Shown here in pieces: positions 48,601 to 62,200 of a stretch of DNA of 64,000 nt. The first letter of the stretch is position 1; every line of letters begins with the position of its first letter. Origin of the DNA: Hypanus sabinus (taxonomy: Eukaryota); the NCBI RefSeq assembly GCF_030144855.1, contig NC_082716.1, positions 69,626,001-69,690,000 on the forward strand, written 5' to 3'. The position numbers and the translations under genes were made by a program. The notes under the pieces were generated by a model. It was not told where the DNA came from and made no database searches. It saw nothing but the letters and a program-made list of their open reading frames with translations.

Positions 48601-49899
48601 TACGTTTACAATCCTGTGCACTCCTAATCGATTCCATTGTTGTTAGACACTAGAGGTCAGTAATGAGCTTCACTGTATTATTGAAAATGGAATCTGCTAG
48701 TGTTTCCTTGATGCCTGGCGGAGGTATCGAGACTCCTGATATGTTGGGCTACCTACTTGGTTGATTTTTCCAAATATGAATGGCTAACTTACAATAGCTT
48801 GTGGAATCAGAAAGTCATTGTCCCCCTGTGGAGATCAGTTACAGCGCAAGTATCTGCCATGACATAGTTGCAGATGACCATGTCTTACCACGCAAACTAG
48901 CCACCTTTCCACTTTGGAAACCTACAGCACCTAATGATCCGAGATTCATGATAGATTATTACTTGAAATGTGTTCTTTAGCAAGGTCTGCAATGACTCCG
49001 TCCACCTTTCTCTTGCGCCATTCTGTGGCTTCTATATCATTCCAATAGGCCACTTTAAATGTGAAGCTTGCCAGTTTATTTGGTTTTGTCCTTGAATGCA
49101 CTAACTTGCAAAGATAATCCATCAAAAATTGCTAGGTAGGTTAACATCCAAAATAACCTTATTGCTAAGTAAGGAATGTTAGATTAAGTCTGTCATCTGG
49201 ATAGAAGACTGTTTGTTCACCTGCCATCATTTTTCTTAATCTCTAAATATAAAGGGAAATAGATCCATCCTGTTTACTCCCTCTCAATTTAACACACCTC
49301 AGCTAATGCTCCCTGTTCCAAGTGTTATATTGAATCCAGGATTAAGTCTAATGAATTGATCTGGCATTGCACTCTCTGTGAGGTAGTGTTCCAGGTGAGG
49401 TCTTGTCAAAGCCGTGTGTAGCTGTAGTAAGCTTGCTCTATCTTTACAGCCTTGCAGCAAAGACGTTTATGGAATTTTCTGTAATTATTTGCTGTTGCTT
49501 CATGTTACGATTACAGTGGGTAATATCTTGGTTGCTTCCTTCTCGTCTTTAGTTTCTGCCCGCAGTGTAGCCCTTGCATGTTTTTGCCACTCACAAGTCA
49601 CAAAACTGATGAATCAACACATGAAAATCATACTATTCACTGAATCCATATTTCTCCAAACACTCTCTTTTTAAGGCACTCAGATAGTTAATATTTCCCA
49701 TTTCTTTAAATTTTCCTCAATAGTTGCTGGTCAGGAGTGACAGGAGGTGTGCCCTGTGATCCTCTGATCATCAGTTCAAATAAATATGTCACTGAAGTTC
49801 AGATACTTCAGAGACTGTGCCCTTTTGGAACTAAGTAGCATGTTTTGTATTGCTGACCAGGGGTGAGTTCTGGTCCCTTGTGCACAGTAGTGATGGTAG

Positions 49900-52350
49900 T
49901 AGGATCATAGAAAACACAGAAGGAGGGTGTTCAGTGCCTGCACCGGTCAAGAAGAAGCTAACAAAGTCTAATTCCATCACCACGCGGTCGATAGACTTGG
50001 AGATCTTGTCTCTTCAAGTAACATCCATATACAATCCAAGCAGTCCAGCATCTGTGAAGGGTTTCCAGCCAAAACGTGGTCTTAGACTTTTTACCCATAG
50101 AGGCTGCTTAAGCTCCATCAGTTTTGTTCCAGATCCAGCATCTTCAGTCTCTTGTGTCTTCGTGTGCTGTCAAAACATTTGGGTAATCGATGCTGGATTC
50201 CCCTGGGTAGGACATATTTTCTTCACCTGCCATCAGCTTATTTTGCTATCACTGTGAAAGGAAGCAGTTTCTTCCCATTTACACCATTTGGACCTCTCAT
50301 AACTTTATACACCTCAATGAACTCTCCCCATAGCCTCCTCTATTCCAAAGAACACACCGCCAGTCTCCCCAAACTTTTCCCATTGTCACAGCTTTCCAGT
50401 CTTGGCAACATGATTGAAGATCACCTCTGCACCCGCTTCGGTGCAACCACATCTATCCTGTAATATAGTATACATGGTATTCAAGTTGTGGCCTAACTAG
50501 TGCTGTGTATAGTTCTAGCATTACCTCTCTGCTCTTACACACTATGCAAATGCTTATAAAGGGAAACATTCTCTTTGCCTTTTTAACTACTATATTGACC
50601 TGCCTTGCTACATTTAATAATCTGAGGATATACAGTGTATAGTCAAAGAGCCTTCCGTTAGTCCACACTACTTAAGAGTCTGCCATTATATAGAGTTATA
50701 GGATCGCACATGGTGGAAACAAGCCATTCAGCCACATAGATCAGGCATTTTTCCATATTAATCCTAACAATCAGTCCATGGCCATCTTTACTTGGCTGAT
50801 TCAAATGCTGATGTTGTCTTGAGCCTCTTTAATTTTTGTCAGTGACCCAGCTTCAACACCCTCTCACACAGTACCTTCTAGGTATTTAACACTTTCTGCA
50901 GAAGAAGGCTCTCCTTCCTATTCTCTCTAAATCTTTTCCCCCTTACTCTAACATCTAATTTTATCTACCCCTGAAGTAGAGAAATATTTTCCACAGTCTG
51001 CCCTATCTACACACTTTTTTAATATATCTCAGTTGTTAACCTCAATTGTGTCCCCTCCTAACCTCTTCAGCTTCGGATATAACTTCTTCTATCCTGGTGA
51101 ACCTCCAGCCCAGTTTACCAGCCTATCAATATCTCTCTGAACTTTTGGACTATGCTCCACACTCTCAGTCACTCCATCCTTCTTTATGCCATCAGCAAAA
51201 TAGTTGTCCACATCCGAGTCATTCGTGTATATTATTAAAGCTAGAGTCACAGCTCTAATCCCTGTGGGACACCACTAGTCGCTGGCATCCAATTGCAAAA
51301 ACAACCATCTATCATCATCCTCTGTCTCCTGTCCAAAGCCAACTTTAGATCTCCTTTGCCAACTTGCCCCGGATTCCACGTGGGACCTTGCCAAAGGCTT
51401 TATTAAAGTCCATGTCAGTCACATCTTTTAACTCTACTTTCATTGATGCACTTTTTAATTACCTCTTCATAGAATTTCATCAAATTGGTCAGCCAGCTTC
51501 TGCTCTTGACAAAGCCATGCTTGTCGCTGCCTTTCTAAATAATGATTAATCCTTTCAGGATTTTTTTCCAGTGACTTCTCTGCCACAGATGTGAGACTCA
51601 CAGGTTTAAAGTTGTCAGACTTTCCACTATTGCCTTTCCTGAAAAGTGAACCTTGTACCTCACCTGTGTCCATTGAAGATTTGAAAATCGCAGCCAGTAC
51701 CCCAGCAATCCCATTCCAGGCTTTCTGAGCAGTCTGGGATAAATCCCATGTGGCCCTGGGCATTCACCCACTTTTAATGTCACTAAGATTAAAAATTCCT
51801 CTTCTTTATTTGTGGAGACTTACTTTACTCTGTCAGCTACCCCATTACTAAATTCTCCAACTAGAAAGTCTGTTTCCCTTGTCAATACCTGTGGTGAACT
51901 ACATATACCTGTCTGGACACGCCCTCCCACTGACTGCTCCTCCCACAGACCCCAGTATAAAGGCGATTGAGGCCTGAGCCCCGACCTCAGTCTCCAGGAT
52001 GTAGTGTGGTGGTCAATTGTTGCTTGTTCTTTCTTCCAGCCAATAAAAGCCTGTATCTCGCCTCACATCTCCGAGAATTATTGATGGTGCATCAATACCA
52101 AAGAAAAAGTACTCATGTAGGACCTCTGGATTAAATTTCTCAGGCCTCTGAGGCCTCTTTTCTGCCTAACTAGCTGGGCTCTCTATATCTGCTCATGGTC
52201 TAAAGCTTTTATCCTCATTCACAAACTTTTGCTTTTAATCATGCTCCCTACATTTAGGAGTATGTAATTGATATCAAATGGCAGAGTGTGGAACTCTGTG
52301 GAACCCCACTGCCTTCCAGAAGAACATCTGTCAACCACTATACTTTGCAA
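49900..52350 (-). mobile_element. Cluster of nested degenerate CR1 fragments (with a PLE fragment at about 50040-50165 and a solo LTR inside)
   Basis: VVKKAKRM...KSREVMLELYTALVRPQLEY; LKVGECPGPHGIYPRLLR; NFKPVSLTSVAEK. Confidence 0.75.
51890..52094 (+). mobile_element. Solo LTR (205 bp), probably Gypsy-type
   Basis: TG...CA termini; 5-bp TSD atacc at 51885-51889 and 52095-52099; TATAAA at 51956; AATAAA at 52042. Confidence 0.88.
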
Positions 52351-53089
52351 TACTCTAAATTGGCTAATGTAACAATGCTAAGTCTGCGTTTGTGAAATAA
52401 CTAATGCATTTGTGTTTTTCCATCACTCAAGTTGCAGAAATCCCAGCACTCAAATATAGTGGCATCATTGAGTCATTTTTCAGATGATTACTAAATGATT
52501 TCAAGATTTTCAGAAGAATTACACAGCAAAATATATTCACTTTAAACCAAAGATGCAACATACTCTCAAAAAATTTAAAGAAAGCTTGCAAAATCAAAAT
52601 AACCTATCTGGACATTGGGAGTAGAAATGGCTATGAAGCTGTTTGATGGAATAGCTCTAACAGGAGTACAGCTTGCAAAAAAGTAGAGAGCACTGTTCTG
52701 CTGGTTACCACTATCTAACACTTAATCACAAACTTGTCTAGATTATGTGATTCCCTGTGAGGTCAAAGTATTAAGACTTTGGATCAGAATTAGGCCATCC
52801 GGCCCATCAAGTTTTCACTGCAATTTATACACAGCATTCCGAAAGGAAGAGTCAATTATCGAAGAATCCAAATCGCAGAAAATGCTCTGTATTAGCATAG
52901 ACTAATTATGCTAACATCAAATTTGATTTGCTTGCTTACTGAAGTGTGACTTGCATGCTGTGGCTCGGCAAGCCCCTTGTCAGTTCCTTGGGACACGGGT
53001 CAATTCTGCAAATCTTCTGCCCTGAAGTTAATCTTTTACCTTTTGTAGCTAGCATTGACTTAGTTCTCTCAAGGCTGAGGATGTGTTTT

Positions 53090-53106
53090 TAGCACTAGGT
53101 GGCAGT
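53090..53106 (+). promoter_or_regulatory. Candidate CTCF site
   Basis: tagcactaggtggcagt matches the CTCF core CCACTAGGTGGCAG at 13 of 14 positions, in non-repeat DNA. Confidence 0.4.
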
Positions 53107-56100
53107 TTATTCCGTTAGTTATTAACAGCACAGCAAAAGAGTTGACATTTCTAAACCATCATTCAGCTGCTGGCATTTTCTTAATGTTTTATTTCAGCTT
53201 GAAATAATTTTCCAAAATTTACCAGTTTATTTATTGTAAAAATTGCGTAACATTTTGAGAATATTCATATTATCTTTCAATGAGAAGCATTTTTCCTTTT
53301 AGCTCTTATTCCATTGCTCTTTGTTCCTCCACATACATTTATTATTGAATACATTAATCTGTATGCAGTCTCATTCATATACAACACAGAATTAATATCA
53401 CATCCTTAAATGATGACCTGATCTTTTGCTTAATTTGCAAAAGGACAAAACCAGATTATTTGTCGGTGGGAAGAAAATAAAATGCTAACAGCCGTTTGTT
53501 TTAGAAGTTTAGTCTTACTGATTTTGATCTGTGAGAAGAATCTTCTGGAAATACTGGTGGATTTGCAGTAAGAACTTGAACTAAATTATTTGAGTCTGTG
53601 ACCCCAAGAGTTGAAATTGCAGAAAATGCTTTTTAATAATATTAGTAACAGCATGGTAATGCCAAAATTGCAGGCACACTGAGGGACGTGTCGCTATCCA
53701 TAATATGCCACTGCAGCCATTAACCTCTTTCTTCCTTTTGAACTCCCAGGCAGGGCAATGCCTGCATTTACAATACATCTTTAATCTGTGAAAAAAAACA
53801 CATTTCTTTTCCAGAAAGATGGGGCCAGGTAAGAATACTTCTATGAATTTATAGCTCAATGTTAAAATCTCTTTGGTAGACTATCTTCTCATTCCCTGCT
53901 GCTGATGGGGAAACTTCTCTCTTTTCATTCATTTTGGTATTCCAGCAATATTAGAATTGTGACCATAGAGGTTTTTACTAGTGATTCAATTGGAGTACAG
54001 ATATTGATGGCTGCCAAGTTGAATATATGAAACAAAATTGACAAACACAACCTATTTCATTAATGGAATGGGTTGCTTCTAACCAACTACCAATAGTGGA
54101 AAAAAGTCTCTTAGAGATCATGAGCAGTTAACTTTAAGATAATGTAAAGATTAAACAAATAACAACACTTAATTGGATAAAGAATGTTTGTCAGGAAATG
54201 GATGCTGAAGAATATTCTGTCTATTAAAAAGAGTATATTTGGAGCTTTAATTTGGAATTAGAATCTGCTTTGGACTGCATTTTATTTCTGTACCTTTATG
54301 TGAAAGGTCACATGAAGTTTCTCTGTTGATTAAAACGAATGCAATAAACACTTGCCAAAATACTGTGTACCATGCTGTAACACCAAAGCCTTCAGGAACC
54401 CACTTAATCAGCAAGATTTCTGCTGAAGGCATCGCTGTTTGATTCACTTCATATCCAGTTACAGACCAGACTAGCTCATTGCACAGTATTCTTTTGGCAT
54501 TCAATTTATGGTTTTCACAATCAGGATGCTGATTAGTTTTCCACTAATGTCGGCCCTCAGTACACATTCACCCTACGTAGTTTGTTCAGTTTCAAGGGGG
54601 TGGCTTGACTGCAAAACTAATTGAAGATTTTTGAGTGCACTGGGTGATTTAAATGCAAGAAAGCTGTATCCAATAGGTAAGCTGGCCCAACCACATGCAT
54701 TTTAAATTCATCATTAAAATGCCATCTCTGTGTGTTAGGTTGCAGAAAAGTGTGTTAATTTTGCCTTGGAAATCCTGTGAAGCAGCTTGAAGGGAAATGT
54801 ATAAAGGTCTGCTGTACATTAAGACTTCAAAATTTTCTTATAAAAGGCAGGGGTGTCTTCAATTTTCTCTGAGCTTGAATAAGCTATGCATGTTAAAAAC
54901 AAACTACATATCAATGCAAGTCTACATTGTAGTACAAGCTACAGAAATACGATTGAGACATTTTGTTTGTTTTACTGGCTGCTACAAACAAAAAGCAGAT
55001 CACCGAACTTAGCAATGGTAATGTCAAACAAGCTTTCAGCAGACGACTGACAACAGGAAATCCCTTCAGATTCGGTGCCTGATTCACCAATCTTGTTCCT
55101 GAGACAGCCACAGCTGACAAATTAGAACAGAGCAATATCAATGCGATACAGCAAAGGTTTCTCTTCTGATGCTGGGATCACCCATTGCCACACCTCCCGG
55201 TAGGCATCCACCTCCACATGTTATGTGGAACAATATTTATTTCCATATATTGACATCTTTCACTCCGATGAACACATAATGAATATTACTAAACATGTCG
55301 GTGGGGTTGGATAGGATGACAAACAAACATACCATAGCTAGTTTAGAGAAAAGATGGGTATTTTATCCACTGTTGTTAAGGTGAAAGTCACTAAGGCTAA
55401 TTATCTTGTGCCCATGCTTAAAAAAATTGACCTGCAGGAAATAACTTAACAAAGTAACTCAAAATTGGTTCTGCCATTTCTGGAGGCATATTTAAACAGT
55501 CATGTTTACCGAGAAGTAGCTGGATATTAATACTGAGATTATCGGCCATGTGATTTCCTTCCAGTGTCTGCTGAGACTTCTATGAATCCGAAACCAAATT
55601 CAACTCTTATGCGCTTTGAATGTCTTTTAAAGTTGCTTTATTTTTCAACAATAGGCCCATCTGTCATCCAAAGTGAGTTTAAAGCTCGTTCAGCCTCTAA
55701 AGGTAACGGCCCGGATCAGATCAGCACAATGTACAGTAACTCAAGTTTGCTGGAGATGAACCATTAGCGTGTGTAATCAATTTGTCTGTTATACAAGGCT
55801 TGACGGTCATCAAGTGAGAGTATACCAAAGTTATTCTAGTCTGTGGAGGGAGCATAATTCAAATTAATAACCAGCAATCTGCTTGCATTTCACATTAAAA
55901 TACAAAAAAAAAGGAATATGTCTCTCATGCTCTAACAATGTGGAACTTAACAGACACTTATTCTGATTTTTAACATCTCCTCCTTCTTCATTTCACACTG
56001 ACTGATCACTTTTGCTCCTGCATTGATAGGTACATTTTGATTCCCCATTTTTAAGAATATACATGGTGTAAACATATTTCTTTTCCTAAGGAATTTATAT

Positions 56101-56429
56101 TGTTTGCACAAAGCCATGTTTTAATTGTCATAGGATGGTGCAAATGTTGAAGGAAGCCACTTGGCCATGAGCTTTTACTGGGTCTGTAGAAGAGAAGTCC
56201 TACAGTCCTTTTCCTTTCGTGTATTTATACAGAGACATGAGCATGAGCAAATTTGCTTCCATTTCTGACCTTTCTGTACATTCCAAATACTAATTACTTG
56301 TTGCTTAATAGCATTAACTCTGAAGCTATCTGAAATGGCTATTGTGGAAGGGAGAACATTGTTAGAGAGTTATGTTGTTCTGCTTCCCAACACTTTGTGC
56401 AATCTAATTCCAAGTTGTTTAAAATTAAA

Positions 56430-56710
56430 TGGAAAATGTTAGAAATACTCAGCAAGCCAGACAGCATCTGTGGAGAGAGAAATAAGAGTTAATATTTCAG
56501 GTCAGTTACTTAAGTCAAAGAAAATTTATCATCAAAATATGTATATGCCAACATATGCTACCTTGAGGTTCATTTTCTTGCAGGCACTTACAATAGAATG
56601 TATGAAAACGATGCATGAGCTAAAACTGACAAACAATGTGTAAAAGAGGACAATGTGCAAATAATTAAAAAAATGAGAACATGAGTTGGAAAGTCATTGA
56701 TAGTGAATGT
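56430..56710 (-). mobile_element. Penelope pLTR fragment followed by a Rex1-type tail
   Basis: aaatgttagaaatactcagcaagccagacagcatctgtgg, then gtcaaagaaaatttatcatcaaaatatgtatatgcc (Rex tail, as at 11740). Confidence 0.65.
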
Positions 56711-59071
56711 CTTCCTCCTGCTCTATCCTGGTCAGTCTCACACCTGCTTGTGTTATTGTCATTACTTTCTTCTTTGTGGCTGGAACTTGAACTCCCAATT
56801 CCTGGTTAAGCCCCATGGCTTTGGTTTACTGCTTGCCTGCCCTTGCTGTTGAGTTGTTCCCAACTGCCCTGCATATGCTGCATCATCCACTTCGGTGTTT
56901 CACTGAGTGCCTGGTAGTAGCAGAAAGGGAACTGCACAAAAAGAGGGGGAAAGGAAACTTCATGGAGGTGTTATAAAACAATGACCATTTCAGAAAAGCA
57001 AGCATGCTTTCAGGGGTAGGTTGAAGGTAGGACAGAGAAAGCACAATAGATGGGAAAAAGAGACAAGAATCGCCATATTTGGACAAAATGGATGACTGGC
57101 CAATTCCTCCTCCTCATGTAAATGTGGAGTGAAGCATGGTAAGTGGAATAGAAGTTACAGATCAGGCATACCCTCTTGAATGGACTTATGCAGCTGAATG
57201 GTGTGGTATTGTTCCTCACCCTATGGTGTGCCCACTCTCTGCCTACTTCCCTACACCCAAACACAAATAATTGTTTCTCATAGATAGAATTCTACAGCAT
57301 AGCAGTGGCCCATACTGATCCCTTGGCCCATCTCATTTGTCCCCAGGTTCTGGCCAATTTTGCAGAAAAGCTGAACAAAACAGGAGCAGGACCAGGCCAT
57401 CTGTCTCGCCAAGCCTGCTCCGCCATTCTGTGTGATCATGACTGATCTGGCTCCTCTGTGCCAGATTCCGATATCCCTTAATCCCCCAATTTTACAGAAT
57501 TTTATGTATCTTCACATTAAATACATCTAATCAGTTGCCCTCTACGACTGTCTGGGGAAGAGAATTAGCATCCTTTACCATAAGAGTTGGTTGCAGATAT
57601 TGAGAAGGGGGGATTTGGCAGTGGGTGATGCATGGCCATTTTGAAAATACAGTAGTCAAAGAATTTTGCTTTCCCTTATCTGTCCATCATGCAAATACCT
57701 ACGACTCTCAATTTGAACATGAAGTAATTCTTTTCATTCGGACCTATTGTTGATGCCTGAAATAGAGCAATTTCAATACAAACCTTTACTAATATTTCAT
57801 TAACATATTAGTTAATTTATTACAGTAACCGTGTTCTTTTTAATTTTGAAAACATCGTTAAAGTTGTGGAGCTCTGGAACAGAAATTCCTCGCTGCCATG
57901 TTAATGCTTATGATGTGATTCCATTCCACGATATTTCAATAATAGTAAAACTTAAAGAACTCACTTATCTGTTAATAATGCTGTAACATCTTGGTAGAGA
58001 TGAAATAAGGAATTTCATTTGAGAAGGGGTAAAACAGTTGGGGTGCAAAGTAATTTTTAAATTTTTTTTTACTCTACAATGACAATTATTGTTGTTTCCC
58101 TAGGATTTTCAGATCTAAAATGGAATGGAAAGGTTCAGTCTGCATTGAATCTAGCTGCCACTCCTCTTAGCAGACAAACTGTCACAAAGCACAACCATGT
58201 CATCTATCATTGGAAGCTGCATCTTTAACTTTATTGGCTGTCTCCAGATACTAGCTAAGAGTGCCAGTTTGCTCTCATAGTTTGCAAGCTTAAAATATAT
58301 CCAGTCTGTACATCAAGGCCCCACTGTTACATAAATGCAGTGTAGAATGAACAGCTGATAATTACCTATTATTTATTAGTGTGCTTGCTCTGTTAGATTT
58401 ATAATGGATCATTTCACTTTTGTTTAGCAAGTATAATTTGACAAATGTGGCATGACTAATGTTACAGAGTCCAGCATGTTTAAGGATGGAGAGGGTAGAG
58501 AGAAGTGTATTTTTTATTTGTTCATTTTTCAGAATCTAAACGATATTGGCAAGGTCAGTATTTATTGTTCTTTGTTTATTGCCCTTGAGAAGGTGGTTGT
58601 TATGTGGCCTTCTTGAACTGCTGCATTCATTTTGGGGATTGTACTCCCATAACGTTATTGGATTGGGAAGGCTGCAATTCTGATCCTGAAGGTGACAGAG
58701 CTAGAATATACTTCGAAATCAGGGAAGTGTGTTATTTGGAGGATAAACTGTTGGTGTTCTTGTTTCCATGAGCTTCCTGCCCTTTTCCTCCTTATGCCAG
58801 AGGCCATGGGTTTGGGAAGTCCTGATTTGCCAAGGCAAATGGCTGTGCCACATGATGGCTCACACATTGTAATGCCACAAGTGTGATGATCTTTGAAATG
58901 CTCTGCAGAATTTTGCTGGCAGAGGGAAATAATGTTTAGGGTGGTTGATGGGGTGCCTCCTGATTTATATCTTGTAGATGGTGAAAAGTCTTTGGCAAAT
59001 TTCATTCACATCCAGCCTCAGAATTTCCCTGGTAATTTTGATTTTCTTTAAGTGACTGGTTCCATTTCAGT

Positions 59072-59564
59072 GACCTAGTGTCAAAACAACAAACATTGAA
59101 GCCTACGTCATCAAGAACCAACTAGGATGCGGCGGTCATGTTTGGATGAAAGATGAACGTCTGCCGAAACAAATCTTCTACTCCCAGCTTAAAGAAGGCA
59201 AGTGTAATAGAGGCGGACAACAGAAGAGATTCAAAGACGTCTCAAAAGCCAACATGAAGAAATGTAACATCAACATCAACAATTATGAAACCAATGCCAA
59301 GGACAGGAAACTCTGGCAAACCATCATCTGAGAAGGAACAGCAGTTTTCGAAGCCAACAGATGTGCAGAATTAGAAGAAAAGAGGAGAAAATGGAAAGAG
59401 AGGCAGCAACAACCAAAGCCCGATCTGCCATCTGGAACCACCTGTCCTGAACGCGGAAGAACTTTCAAAGCCAAGATTGGACTCATAAGCCACTTGAGAG
59501 CTCATAAACAGATCAACGGAACGAAGACCATCACCCTCGACCTCGAGGGATAGCCATGATGATG
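59072..59564 (+). mobile_element. RTE-clade LINE 3' end with C-terminal zinc-finger-like motif
   Basis: MKDERLPKQIFYSQLKEGKCNRGGQQKRFKDVSKANMKKCNI...TCPERGRTFKAKIGLISHLRAH; ends gatagccatgatgatg. Confidence 0.88.
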
Positions 59565-59639
59565 GTTGGGAGTGTGAAGCTGAGGACTCAGTAATAGTGA
59601 TGCTTTTGAATATCCAAACTGGACGGTTAGACTCTTAGA

Positions 59640-59860
59640 CTAAAGACTGCAGATGCTGGAATCTGGCATCCAATGGTAGGCAGGAGCGGTGGGTGGGGGG
59701 GTAGGAATTGTCAATATTTTAGTTAAAACCTGAATTAAAACTGAGGATGGAGGGAGAGGATACTGGCTGCTGTCCCTCTCCATCCTCAGTCAAGATGCAG
59801 AGTTTTGACCTGAAATGGTGACAATCTCTTTCTCACTACTGAGTTTGTCCTGGTGATTGT
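59640..59860. mobile_element. Degenerate Penelope-derived palindromic element
   Basis: gactgcagatgctggaatctg; inverted ctgaggatggagggag / ctctccatcctcag; gacctgaaatggtgac. Confidence 0.55.
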
Positions 59861-60900
59861 ATGTCGGTTAAACTCTTGCTTGTTTGAAATTGTTATTGCT
59901 TAGGACTTCTCTGTTGCTAAAGTTACTGCTCACCTGTCACCCCATGCCCAAATGTTGCCTTAGTCAGGCTGAAAGGCAAGCAGAGACCTACTTCACACAC
60001 TGAGGTGTTGCAAATAGATTTGAAAATAGTACAAACTATCAGCAAACAGCATCACTTCTAACCTTATGGCCAGAAGGCCTTTGATGAAGTTGGCTGGGGG
60101 CATAGGATGCTGCCCCGAGGAAAACCTCCAGTGATGTTCTGGGCTTGAGATAATTGACCTTTGACAATAGCAATCACCATCGGTTGTGCAATGTTTGATC
60201 CTAGTCACTGAAGTGGTTTTCCTTCGACGAGCAGTGACTACGGTTTACCAGTGCTCCTTGATCAAATGCTGTCAATCTCACTACAGATCTTCGGTCTATG
60301 TTTGTGACATCCAAACTGGGCACTGGTGAGCAACTTATTGCTGAGTACACGTCACCTGATAGCACATTTGATGACGTCTTCAGTCATTTTGCTGATGATT
60401 GGGAGTTAATAAATAGGATTGAATGTATCCTGATTTTTTTGTTCGGGAAAGACATGGGCAATTTTCCACATTAGGTAGTGATGTAGTTGTCCAGGAATGG
60501 CTCAGCTGGAGGCACAGCTAGTTCTAGAGGACAGATATTTAGTTCTAAAGCCAAATATTATCTGTTCCCGTGGTCTTTGCTACATCCAGTGCTCGCAGCT
60601 GTTTATTGATTAATATCACATGGAGTGAATTTGATTTTGGGCATATTAGTTGGAATTTAACTTCCTGAGAGTGAATATACATTGCCTTAAAAAGTATTCA
60701 GCCCGCACAACAATCTCCATATTTTACTGTCTCGTTTTCAAAATATATTGAAGTAGGATTTTTGAGCTAATCTACAAAGCATTGTGCATCATGTCAAATC
60801 AAAAGAAAAAATCCAAAACTTGTCAACAATTTACTAAAAGTTAAAAACCAAAATTGTAAGGTGGTGAAAGTATTCATTCCCTTTGTAATTTACTAATTTC

Positions 60901-61067
60901 CCACACTAGCTTCTTCCACTAGGCCATCAGACTGATGAATTCATGCTGATTTGAGTGTACTCTATATTACATTGACTGTTCTATTTATTATAAATTATTA
61001 TAAATTATTATGACTACACATTGCACATTTAGATGGAGACGTAATGTAAAGATTTTTACTCCTCAGA
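60901..61067 (+). mobile_element. Rex1 3' fragment inserted in the Tc1 left arm
   Basis: SFFH*AIRLMNS plus AT-rich UTR; possible TSD aatttc at 60895-60900 and 61068-61073. Confidence 0.7.
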
Positions 61068-61235
61068 AATTTCAATTAAATTCATTTCTCAATAGGAATA
61101 CATTACCTTACCAACTCACCATATTTGATGATATAGAAGATTGGAGGATCACCTGTTTTCAATGAATTCATAAGATTAAATACCCCTCTCTCAGTAAGGC
61201 CCAGCAGGATGGTAGATTTATAAAGATCAAACCAA

Positions 61236-62200
61236 ATGAAGACAGAAGAGTATTCAAGGCAAGTCAGGGAAATGTTAATAGAGAAGCACAAATCTGGGGA
61301 AGGGTACAAAATCATCTCAAAGGCACTGAACAAATATCGGAGCTCAGTGCAGTCCAGAAAAAGTGAAAAAGGTATGGAACTGTAGCCACACTGCCTACGT
61401 CAGGCCTCCCCTCTAAACTTAGTTGTTGGAGAAAAATGGTACTTGTAAGAGAGACTACTGTGATGCCAACAGTCACTCTGAATGAGCTGCAAAAGTCAAT
61501 GGCTGCAATTGGAGATGAAGTTTGTGGTTCCATTATCTCTGAGGCTTTGCATAAAAAGGGTATCTATGGAAGAGTGGGAGAAAAAGAAACCCTGGCTTAA
61601 AAAAAAGCATATAATTGCCTGTAGAGACTTTGCAAAGTATCACTTAGAAGATACTGTGAAGTTGTGGAAGAAGGTCTTGTGGTGGAATGAGACTAAAGTG
61701 GAACTTCTGGCCTCAACACTAAATGGTATGTGTGGTCTAAATCTAGTACTGCGCATCCACCAGGTAACACCATCCGTACTGTAAGGTTTAGTGCAGGTTG
61801 CATCATGCTCTCAGGATGCTTTTCAGCAGCAGCATCTGGAAATGTGGTCGGGGTTGATGGGAAGATGAATGCTGCTAAATACAGAAAGATCCTGAATAAA
61901 AACCTGCTAGCTTCTGCCATTAAGCATAAACTGGGGAGGAAGTTAGTCTTTCAGTAGGACAATGACCCAAAGCACACCGCCAGGTCAACCATGGAGTGGC
62001 TCCAAATGAAAAAAAATTACGTCATTGAGTGTCCCAGTCAGAGTCCTGACCTTAACCCGATTGAAAATCTCTGGCAAGACCTCACTGTCACTTCCTAAAT
62101 AATATGGCAGAGTTTGAGCAATTTTGCAAGAAGGAATGGACAAATCTTGCTCCATCACATTGTGCAAAGCTAATAGAAACATACTCAAGAAGACCACTGA
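61236..62200 (+). pseudogene. Tc1 transposase, inactivated
   Basis: MKTEEYSRQVREMLIEKHKSGEGYKIISKALN; VLWWNETK (first D changed to N); FQ*DNDPKH...[11 protein letters not shown] with exactly 34 residues between D and E; stops and frameshifts. Confidence 0.9.

Larger units (their letters stand above)
58515..60640 (-). mobile_element. Old CR1-like LINE, interrupted by RTE and PLE insertions
   Basis: 3' end gtatttattg...gcccttgagaaggtggt...gccttcttgaactgctgca; RT-region remnants ggatgctgccccgaggaa and catttgatcaagga. Confidence 0.6.
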
